A stretch of 64,000 nucleotides of DNA from Orbicella franksi (lineage: Eukaryota): positions 29,822,001 through 29,886,000 of the forward strand of contig OZ116698.1 of NCBI GenBank assembly GCA_964199315.1, given 5' to 3'. The position numbers were made by a program, and so were the translations under genes. Below are positions 40,401-50,000 of the stretch, in pieces. How positions within the stretch are numbered: position 1 is the first letter of the stretch; the number at the start of each line of letters is the position of its first letter. A model generated the notes under the pieces. That model saw only the letters and a list, made by a program, of their open reading frames with translations. It was not told the origin of the DNA and ran no database searches.

Positions 40401-42367
40401 TACCCTCTACAATAAAGCCTACTACTACTACTACTGCTGTACTTTGTTGAAATAAAGATTATGTATGCATGTATGTATACTCACCCATTATTCAGTCCTC
40501 CTCTGCAGTCCTTGCTGGAGCTGACCCCAAGGTTTAAGATTGTAAACAAAAAGAAGAATGCTGCCATTCCAAAACATATTCTGTAAACTGCCAGGTACCC
40601 GACCAACAGATCACAGTTAGGACCTGCATTGGCTGCCTGACAGGCTTCATCGAAGAATGGAACCTAAAGTTATGGCAATAGAAAGAATGCAAACAAAAAA
40701 AATTAGAAATACAAAATGTGCCAAGGACAACTTTTCCTAGAGTAAAATTAACTTTATAGGAAAATTAATATGGCACACAATCAAAACCTTGATAAACAAT
40801 CCGACTTACATTATTTTCAAAAAGAGAGTATCATTATACCATTTGAATGAACAACATTGCATTTGTACAAAAATTACTGGAGATATATTTTTTCGAAAGA
40901 TCTAATTGTGACACTTCAGACAATGAACATTATGCAAGTGACTTGCTGATGTGCACTCAAACACAGAACACTTCCTAGCAGGCTTCATATGGATGGAGCT
41001 TTCAGTACGGAGGTTATTGAAATACTCAGTGATTACTAAGTACACTTTAAAACAAAGGAAAGATGATCAATGTTGAAGATGAAAAAATTGAAGAACCTCT
41101 CAGTTTCAGGTTATATTTACCATAAATGTGTAGGGTCCTACAGCTAGCTTAAAACACATGACAGTATGTATACATGTACCTTTTCTACCATGGCATCTTG
41201 TATCCCTGATGATAACATCACACAAGAGATTATGGTGCCCAGCAGAAGAAACACTGTATAGACAATCCTGGTAGACGTGGAACTGCGACATGATGGACAG
41301 CATGCACAGCAACAGCTAGCAGCTGCCGGGCAGCAGCAACAGGCAAACTAAATGAAAGACAAAAATGAATATAAAGTTACTGAGGTAGTTGTCTTTTCTT
41401 TTTGCAAGTTTGTAAACTTAAGAAAAAAAAAAAAAAAAGAACAAGAATCATAGAGACCAACATTTCTCAATACAGACTAGATTAAACAAGGCAGCTCAAC
41501 AGACTACCCCCAGGGGCAATGGCATCGGACATTTTGAATTTCAGTTGGTCCAATTCCCATCCTCTAGGACAAAAACAGTGTTCAAATGCTCCGTATTAGG
41601 ATCATGCTGCATGATCAAATATGCCCCAACCCCCAGCATATACATGCGAAAAAGAAGTAGTGGAGGAAAAAAACTCACCCCTGAATGATGACCACATTTA
41701 GCTTGCACTGTGCCAAGAATAGTTTATTTTTTTATACATTATTAATTTCATCCAATGATGTCAAGTTCCTGCCCCCAGGGTGCATCGGCTGGTCAAATGC
41801 CCAGGGTATGCCCGGGGGATGTTGATGATTTTATTTGACGACTACATTGCCCGTATACATGAACACTATACTTCTGGGTGGTGAAATGTACTGTGAGAGT
41901 GAAAGTATCAGGAGTGTTCTACAAATCCTACAAATTTAAACGAATGGGGTGTCTTGTATTCTTAAATGAGATTGAGACACGTAAGGCCTATTGCTTGTTT
42001 AAAGCCTGAATTTTCTATTTGAAAAAGCTAAATCAAGTACGCAAAGGTTTGAGCCCCTACAGGCTTAAGCTTAATTATAAAGCTTTAACTAGCGTGCTTC
42101 AACTGCAGGTGCTAAAACGTATTGACTTTGAACACTTACGCAAGCCTTTGCATGATAATTCTAACACGTCAAAAAAGTTATAGCTTCAAAATAAGCTCAA
42201 CACAGGTAACACAGATACAGTATCGACCAGAAGACACTCTGAGAGGACATTAGCTAGAGCAAACATTTGCAGTTTCCCGAAGTCATCGATGAAGATCAAG
42301 AAATGGGTTAGCTTGTAAACAGGAAAGTTCTTCTTACCGACGCAAGTGTACAGACAATCGAACCCAT
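25460..42367 (-). CDS. SERINC: Serine incorporator family protein (13 coding exons, about 444 aa)
   Basis: Exons (5'->3'): 42367-42338, 41347-41180, 40663-40485, 38846-38767, 38523-38430, 38320-38277, 32797-32721, 31131-31035, 30423-30328, 29904-29787, 28189-28128, 27098-26966, 25616-25460. All introns GT-AG with consistent phases; total 1335 nt. Family motifs: Cys-rich N-terminus, [84 protein letters not shown]. Confidence 0.95.
25760..25947. mobile_element. Short TIR-bounded interspersed repeat
   Basis: AATAGGCCACTTCCGAGTT ... AACTCGGAAATCGCTTATT imperfect inverted ends. No TSD identified. Confidence 0.45.
26064..26244. mobile_element. Palindromic MITE with 9-bp TSD (Mutator-like)
   Basis: Near-complete fold-back (TAGACTACGAGT...ACTCGTAGTCTA) with a perfect TSD GAAATCATT (26055-26063, 26245-26253). 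Confidence 0.85.
26340..26595 (-). mobile_element. Decayed tRNA-derived SINE (family of 51494-51800)
   Basis: Reverse complement matches the 51.5-kb SINE (gatggactagcatccc, cttcatgctacagaa, ttgtgttcttt). Confidence 0.6.
27330..27445 (-). mobile_element. tRNA-derived SINE 5' fragment
   Basis: Minus strand: A-box-like gcagtgttaagagcgct, B box GGTTCGAATCC, followed by gtggattgagtttgttgttgg. Does not close a tRNA cloverleaf. Confidence 0.65.
28707..28780. repeat. (ATT)n microsatellite, 3' flank of the R4/Dong-like insertion
   Basis: About 24 perfect ATT units. Confidence 0.95.
28781..29500 (-). mobile_element. 5'-truncated RLE-type non-LTR retrotransposon (R4/Dong-like), 720 bp
   Basis: Open frame from the truncation point to TAA at 28861. 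CCHC knuckle ([14 protein letters not shown]), RHD motif, PD-(D/E)xK-type nuclease (RPDIVI...IDMAVP...KLSKYKDL), 80-nt 3' UTR; (AAT)n on both sides. Confidence 0.9.
29501..29571. repeat. (ATT)n microsatellite, 5' flank of the R4/Dong-like insertion
   Basis: About 23 perfect ATT units. Confidence 0.95.
30045..30195 (+). mobile_element. SINE fragment (family of 51494-51800)
   Basis: ggcgcggcggcctaatgattagtg...cattgtgttgtgttcttgggtaagacact...gtgcctctctct matches the 51.5-kb copy. Confidence 0.7.
30683..30892. repeat. Degenerate (AGATT)n pentanucleotide array
   Basis: About 40 imperfect AGATT/AGATA/AGATC units. Confidence 0.9.
32136..32563. mobile_element. Tc1/mariner-type MITE
   Basis: TA|TAGTCGAACCTCGAT ... 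ATCGAGGTTCAACTG|TA. Confidence 0.7.
33741..34487 (+). pseudogene. DIRS gag-like ORF1 (partly frameshifted)
   Basis: 248-aa ORF (KYPRPSN..L..PRVN..IW...R..D..MQK.Q) in the ORF1 position of DIRS elements. Confidence 0.7.
34727..36110 (+). pseudogene. DIRS reverse transcriptase / RNase H (stops and frameshifts)
   Basis: [45 protein letters not shown] at 35338-35349, FLGFILNS; RNase [26 protein letters not shown]. Confidence 0.9.
36110..36751 (+). pseudogene. DIRS methyltransferase-like domain (normally fused to RT/RH)
   Basis: [41 protein letters not shown]. Confidence 0.8.
36376..37545 (+). pseudogene. DIRS tyrosine recombinase, split by one in-frame TGA (36877-36879)
   Basis: ORFs 36376-36879 and 36883-37545 are in the same frame. 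Catalytic set retained: R (TGQR), K (KTSK), HSTR, HVGW, terminal Y (TFQKFY). Confidence 0.9.
39361..39555 (+). mobile_element. 3' fragment of an L2/CR1-group LINE ORF2
   Basis: [10 protein letters not shown]...HNLRD...[27 protein letters not shown] is typical of the ORF2 C-terminus. Confidence 0.75.
40035..40435 (+). mobile_element. 3' end of an L2/CR1-group LINE with (CTA)n tail
   Basis: Degenerate C-terminal peptide ([10 protein letters not shown]...[12 protein letters not shown]), AT-rich UTR, AATAAA 40411-40416, then (CTA)5-6. Confidence 0.6.
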
Positions 42368-43309
42368 TTTCTGTAAGACACAGCCTCAGTTGTTTCTGAA
42401 ATGAAGTAAACAATTCAGAGGCGAATATTTTTATGACAACAATTCTAAGTTAAGCACAACAAAACTTTTCCGTCTTCGCTAACCTCGTTCCCAGGGTCCT
42501 TTCTATACCTCGAGAAAGACGAGAGAGGTAGAGAGAGGACCCTGGGAACGAGGTTGCCCCTTCGCACGAGCGAATAGTGACTCGTCACAGATGGGACTCA
42601 TCACCCCGATCAATACCGATTACGAATCGATTGTTACCCAAAGACAATGTTCGTAGATGCTGGACTGGACTTCAAGATATCGAGATAGGGAATCGATGAG
42701 TGTGTTTTTACAAATAAGCATTTTCCTCTGAGGTAAAGATTCGTAGTAATAGCCCAGCAGAGCAAGTCTTAATTTTTTATGGCAAGTCGGAAATAAATTG
42801 AAGTCACTGGTGACACCACGGTATAGAGTGGAGTAGCGTAGCGTTGCATGGCAGAGAATGAGTCAGTCAGTACAGCGGGCGGTGTGAAGTGTGATTCAAC
42901 CAAATTCGAACTGACCACAGGTAGGTGAGAGTTTCTAACTTCTCTCTCACAATCACCCCAAAAAGTTTTCCCTGATCAGCACCTTAACTCTCCTTAACCC
43001 GCGAATTCGCAACCGTCGACTCGTCGTGGGTCATCACGCAACGGTCGGGAGGGAGCGTTGCGTGACGACCCCAAACAACAGCTACTTCTAAGTAGGATGT
43101 GCGATGAGCTCCGCTTATGAAACGCAGTGTTCGTCTTGAAAACTATTCGAAAAGTTTTACCCAGAGAAAGGGAAGAAAAGAAAATATTATTTCCAGGCGT
43201 TTCCAGGAGAATAATTTTTCCTTTCTTACTCAGTAAGTCCCAGTACCCTGCTGGTTTCAAGATTGCATTGGGACTGGGATTAAATTAAAAACGACAAACA
43301 ATTTTCAAG
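42368..43309. promoter_or_regulatory. Putative bidirectional promoter/5' UTR region of SERINC and NAA35
   Basis: Divergent start codons 943 bp apart, locally CpG-rich. The SERINC ATG exon is preceded by an acceptor (cttacag|aaaATG), implying an upstream non-coding exon within this interval. Confidence 0.6.
42480..42556. mobile_element. 77-bp hairpin MITE
   Basis: AACCTCGTTCCCAGGGTCCT / AGGACCCTGGGAACGAGGTT perfect 20-bp inverted repeat; degenerate 9-bp flanks CGTCTTCGC / CCCCTTCGC. Confidence 0.75.
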
Positions 43310-46300
43310 ATGGCGGACAGTGAGGCGCTCCATAGCAGCTCTCCAAATGAGACAGACGACGTTGAAAATAGGTTGGTGATGGAGTGCCGTGTTTTGTGTT
43401 TCTAAATATTCTTCCTAGTGCGTAATATTTTTTAATTTTTTCTCGGCTGATTCACGATGCATTGTTTTGGAGTTTACAATAAGCTTTTTTTGCACGCTCA
43501 TACAAATTTGCAGCGACGAGTTGTCAGCTCTCACGAGTGAAGTTGTCAGTGGCGTAGAATCCATCACCAAAACGCTTTCAAAGTTGGGTGAGTAGTCACT
43601 TTAGCTTTAATTGGTTTAAGAACCCAAAACCCTGGGGAGCAATTAAGACTTGACAATATCCAAATTGACAAGTCGCACTGTATATGTGTGCGTGTTGTCA
43701 AGCACATGTCGCGATCAAAGAGAACGATCGTCAAATAGTACCGTTGAGTACGTGTAGCATGCAATAAGATTTAAGGAAATGTTTATCAATTGGGAAAATC
43801 ACTATTTAAACTTGGACTGAAATATGTAATGCTTCACATTCAGTTTCGTGTTGTCGAGGCATTATGCACCTCATAGCACAAGAAGGACTGTGATGACGAC
43901 GACGACGATGATGATGATGATGATGACGATGATCACAAAAACTACGATTGTTACAAGTCAAAAATAATTTAATACCCAGAAAGATGCTTCTCATCTCCAA
44001 AGATTTAACTCAACTCTTATTTTAAGAGACAAGACATTCATCTTGAAAAGAGGCTAGCCAGAACTGTATGAATGATGACCTGTAATTACAATCTGTTTTT
44101 CTAGGAGCTAATGAGCCCCAGTATAACTGGGTGGATATTTCAGATAACTTTACAGCAGCTGCATCCGGTAAGACAAAATTCATGACTGATTCTATATGAC
44201 TTTCCATTGTTTTTTGGAGGTGGTGTGGCCTGGTAGTTAGGGCACTGGATTTGTAATCTGAAGGTCGTGGTCTGTGCAGTTGTTTTTTTTAGATTTTACT
44301 AACTTGAGACTGTTGATAGAGGTCATTGAGTAGGCAAGCTTTCAATATAACAATTCTTTTTGGAATTATAGTAGTTTTATTGGATGTGAGAGCTGTGGAT
44401 AGTTTTGCTTTTCATGCAATTTGAGTGTGTTTGCATCCCAATTTCAACAGTTATGCATTCAGGCATTACCTAAGTCTAAAGGTGCCTGTATGCCCTACAT
44501 GTACAGTAGTGTCAACAGCAATAACAATATAAGAGATAACAAGAACACAAAGGTTAACTGGTACACATTCTAACCTAGAGAAAGCCATGTAACAATATTG
44601 GGTTCAGATCTTCATAAGTTGAAATGCCTTATGGGTTTAACTTGTTTTACTCTCACAGAGCTGAAACTTGGTGAGCTTGTACATGATAACATGTAAGTAA
44701 TAACTTACAATGCAGCGTGCCACACTTTAAGTCTGTCCTTTCCAAACAAGGACTGTTCAGAACAAGTTAATGTCCCAGACATACATTTTGATCTTAAAGC
44801 AGCTTGCAATAATTTTCTTCTTGAACTCAGTTATGTTGCAAGTTCACATACATCTCTCGTTAGACAGGCAAAATTATCCTTCCTCTGCCTGAAAAAGGGT
44901 AGCAAAGGTGGGGTTGTGATCCTGTTTCATGCAGAAATGTTAGCAAAATTTGTGTGTCACATATACTTTTAGCTAATTTTAACAATGGTTTTTATTCATA
45001 AATTTACAAATCACATTTGTCCTTTGTCTACTTTTCATTATCACACACTAATTTTTTCCGTCATAGCGTGCCATGCATAAATCCTTTGCTGCCCTCTGAC
45101 ATTCAGCTTTATAAATTATTAGTAATTTACAGTAAGCAGTGGTACAGAGTTTATACATGTACATGTAGTGTCCTTAAGTAAGTGTTTGATCCTTCAGTTC
45201 TACTACCATGCAGAAAGTCATTTCACTCAATGGCGATCATCGTTAGTGTAATTTTTGTGGTCAAATCTTGTACAAATGTCATACATTGTTCAAATCTTGT
45301 ACAAATTAAAAAGTATGTTTATTATTACAGGCAAAAATTGTGTGAAGTAACCTGATTTACATGATAATTTCTGAAACCAGCTGAAGATAAAACTTTTAAT
45401 TGCTAATTAATCCAGATAGATTTGTAATTTGTTGATTGTTTGTTCATACAGATTTGGCTTGTTTGAAGCCATGTCAGCTATAGAAATGATGGACCCTAAA
45501 ATGGATGCAGGAATGTTGTGTAACAAAGCCAAGAAAGTTCTTCAATTTGAGCCAGCAGTTAAGGCAAGTAGAATAATTAGGATATTTACTTGATGTGTAG
45601 GCTTTTGCAGTCCTACTGTAAGCTACCATTACAAAAAAATTAAAATTGAGCTGGTGCTATTTAATAATTATTTTGTTTGTTTTTGGTCTGGTAGGCTGGC
45701 CTAGTGAAAATTAAAGATCTATCTCCTGATGAGCTTATAGGTATCATGGATGAATTGTTAGCTTGCTTGGTAAGTTCTTATTAAATCAATTTATTAACTA
45801 GGTAGTTAAAGCAATTTCTCAACCCATTCAATATCCAATTGATAATAAATTGAATCCAATAACCAGTTTGTCAGTTGGCTTGTCTTTCTGTTCATTTGTC
45901 TGTTGCAGCTAGCTACTGTTCATTTATCAGTCAGACAGTGAACTATATATGATATATACATGTATCAGTCAGTAATAAGAGTAATAAATCACTTTCAGTG
46001 CAATGTTCAGTTGATTTGCTCATTCTTGATTGAGCAAGTCTGTTATTCTGCCATATGTAGACACATCTGTCAGTCCATCTGTTCATCATTCAGCGGTCGG
46101 TCAGTTAGTCTCCTCCACAGCTGTTTTTTTGGGATGTCACACAATGCTCCCCCCCAAAGAAATGGCTGCTCACATCCGAACAACATTCCTTTCACGAAAT
46201 TAGCCAATCACTGCTTCCGTTCCATTTTCAAGAATGTTTTTGCACCAAATTCGCCCTTTGAAACTTGTCCAATCAGAGAATGTTTTTTATCTTTGTATCC

Positions 46301-46997
46301 CATCGTGGGAGATGTCACAAATGAACATACAGATTTCCGGCTTTTGTTTAGGGACGCTGAAAAATACAGATGACGCTTGAACGAGCTTTCTATGTTACTG
46401 AAGACTCTTCAAAGTTCAAGCTAATTATTAGAAGCTTTCAACTCAAAAAATTATTGTGGAGAAGGAAGATATCTATTTTAACTTAATACAGGAACCAGGA
46501 AATCAAGTAGCTTCACTCGAATTGTTGACAGCGAGTTCTGAATGCCGCTTTTTCCTCCTGATTACAATCTGTAGGAAGCGTTTAGCCCTTGATTGATGCT
46601 TACAATTTGACATTTCGAGAAAATATATATTCTCTCATTAGCTGAACATAGCGATGAGCACATGAAGCACTTGTACTTAGGGCTTTCATTTACATTTGTT
46701 TTCATCCGTCATGATCGTAGCCTGCGAACACCACCTATTTCTGGCGACGTGCAGTGTGAAACAAAAGCCAGAAAGCCTTTGCATGTTCGCACCACAGACC
46801 TTTTCGCGCGAAAGTTTACGTCATTAACACTTTGCTATTATTTGATTGGTCTGTTCAACAGAGCACAAACAAACCACAAACACAAAAGGAAAAGAATGTG
46901 GTTCGGATGTGAGCAGCCGTTTCTTTGGGGGGAGCGTTGCGTGACATCCAAAAAAAACGGCTGCGGAGGAGACTATCGGTCAGTCAGTCAATCTGCC

Positions 46998-47032
<35 letters not shown>

Positions 47033-50000
47033 CCATCTGTCCATCTGTCAAGTACAATGTATGCTGGTAGGCAATCAGTAAATGTAATTCTTCCTTTCGA
47101 GTTTTCAGTCAGCTGTTTCTGTAAAGAACCAATTAAAAACCATTCTTCTTTAGAATAGAACAGTGGAAATGTAAAAGTCATTTATTGTATAATTTTAATT
47201 TTCCTGCTGCCATGAATACAGGTGACATGGCTTGATGGACATTCGTTGGTCCAGACAGTGTTCACATGTTTGTACATGCATAACCCATTCATCATTGAGG
47301 ATCCATGTCTCAAGGTAATAATATGTTTGCAATTTAATTGTCTTATAGATTGCTCTTGAGTGTGGCTATAACTGGAAAGTATTTATTAAGTTACTTTGTC
47401 CACCAATAATTATTAAATGTATCTGGTATTATAATAGTAATAGATGTCCAACAGTAGCAATTAAATGTAGACATGATGATGGATGCGAATGCAGCCATAA
47501 CACAACTGGAAAATAAAACCTGAAAAAAGAGATAGCCTGAAAATTTTTTCAGGTCTTTTTTCCAGTAGTGTTATGGCTGCATTTGTATCCATCATCATGT
47601 CTGCATTTAATTGCAACTGTTGGACATCTGTTACTATGGAATTTAAATACTTGAGCCGAGTATTACGTCCACTGAACATAAAGGGCCAACCCAAACACGA
47701 CTGCTCTGATGTGGCTTTGATAGCTCAGTTGGGAGAGCATTGCACCAGTAATGCAAAGGTCAGGGTAGGAATCCAGTTCAGAGCCTGAAAATTTTTTCAG
47801 GTCTTTTTTTCAGTGGTGTTATGGCTGCATTGTCATCCATCATCCTGTCTGTATTTGGTATCATTAGTACCAGTAATTTGTAAATGATTAATTTATAATA
47901 TTAATATTATTGTATTTTCAGGCATTCTGTATAGCTATCTTGAAGTCATGTGATACCATCAAGTCTATTGTAAACAGAGCTCAAGTATTTGAGGAGGCAA
48001 GACTGATTTGTTGAATGATACTGCAGTAATGTTTATGTCTGGTTTTGTAGGTTAATAAGGATGGGTTGCAAAGCCACCCCTGTATATGCCCTTGGCTGTT
48101 CATAAACCTATCATCATTTTACATCTAAATTATTTATATTGATTCTACGCTCCATGTATTTCCTTTCAGATGATTTAGTCAGAGTTTCAGTAAATACACT
48201 AATTATTATAGGTGTAGAAAATGTAAATTGAGACTTTCAAATTTGGAGTTAACAGTCAGTTGAATTTCAGACTTGTAGAGGGTTATGATAATGCAGCTTA
48301 AATTGACCATCTTTTCTCTTTTTGCCAAAAAATCATTGCATTCCCATACTAATTCTTATACAGTCAAAACTCTCCATATGGACACCTCTCTAATATGGAC
48401 ACCTCTCTAATACGGACAGTTTCCTATGTACTGACAAAATTCTCATACATTTCCTCTAAAAAACCTCCATAATCGGATCCCCTCTAAAATGGACAACGGA
48501 CACAAAATCTTGGCCTCAGGGAGCAAGTTCTTACAAATTTAACCTCTTTATTACGGCCACTCCAGGGACAAGGTGTCAATAATTTGCGGTATGTACCATT
48601 TCCTGTTGGCGGTTTCACAAACATTGACACTTAATCATTTAGTCATACCAATACCAGAACATATAAAAATGTTAGTTTCAAAACTTACAATATTATTACA
48701 AACGCAGATACAATACAGTGTAATCGAAAATACTGTTCCAAAATTCGTATGTACAGCATGTAACTGAGAAGAACAATAAAGTTATTATAATCAACTTAGA
48801 TCCAGAAATTCACAAGAGACTCACTTTTGGGCCTGATTTTAGTTACTAAACACTCTAAACTGTCAGTGAAGACTTAAAAGTGTCATCATCATAGTGTCCT
48901 CTCCCATACGGACACCTCTGTAATGCAGACACTTAGCGCTGTCCCTTCGGTGTCCGTATTAGAGAGGTTTGACTGTACATCAAGTCATTGTAACACAATA
49001 CCACTCAATAGCAAGAGTCACTTTCATGTTCCCTTACCACTGAGTTTCTAAGTATTGATGAAATCATAAGTGTTCTTATCAGTCAAAAAGGTCTGGAGAA
49101 ATCTATTTATTAGGAACCAATTAACTCTTTGTAGGAAGATTTTCAAGCAATGACATATGGATTTAAAATGGCAACTCAAGTAACAGAGACAAGAGCAGCA
49201 GGTTGGTGTTTTAATAGAAAAACCCCTGAACATTACACAATATTATTTAATTAATCACTGTTATGTTGCTTTCTATTAGGTATGCTTAAAGAAGCAGAAG
49301 ATGAAGTGGGCAGAAAAGTGAAGGTATACATAAGTTATATTATACTATCAGTTAATCCTGTGTTACCTCAATCCTTTACAGTCTCTGTTCTAACTTATTT
49401 CCTTATATTTTCCTCAGCCTCTGAAAACAACACTGAGAGAGGAACCAAACTGTGATTCTGAGTTGCTGCAGGTACAAATATCATTACTGTCTAGTGTGTG
49501 CAATTACATGTAAACATCACTGAATAGTAAAGTCAATGTTGGTAATCAAGACCAAATTGAGTTTGCAGGCATGACCGCAGCCCAATACCACATGTGACTC
49601 CCATATTCAGCATCTGTCAATCAGGCATGTTTTTTCTTGCACTGCGAATCTTCACAGTTGGCCTATTCTGAGAAGGCTGCAAGTTGTCATTTAATATCCC
49701 TAAGCAAGGGGCGGAAATTGGTGAGCACCCATTTAGCTCTGTGCTGCAGCCCTACCAGGAAGGAAACTTATTGTTACTCTGCTGGACTGGGTTGATTCAG
49801 TCCCAGGATATTATGCCAGTAACCATTGCATGACTTGCAATACAGGCATGAGACACCCCTTAGCATGGCACCATGTGCGGAGGCCTCTCATCTGGTGAAT
49901 CTTGCAGTCAGTGGGTTTTGGTCTGAGCCTTGCCAGTACACTCCCTGCTATACTTTTGGTAACACACGATGAGTCTGAGGACACTTAACTGCATGCCTGA

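Noticed and set aside
41260-42367. 11 Cys in the first 30 aa of SERINC
   Set aside because: A Cys-rich N-terminus is a known family feature.
49694-49703. TATCCCTAA resembling a telomerase RNA template
   Set aside because: It mismatches the TAACCCTAA register, and no U-rich/A-rich pseudoknot or H/ACA domain follows. No C box either, so not a C/D snoRNA.
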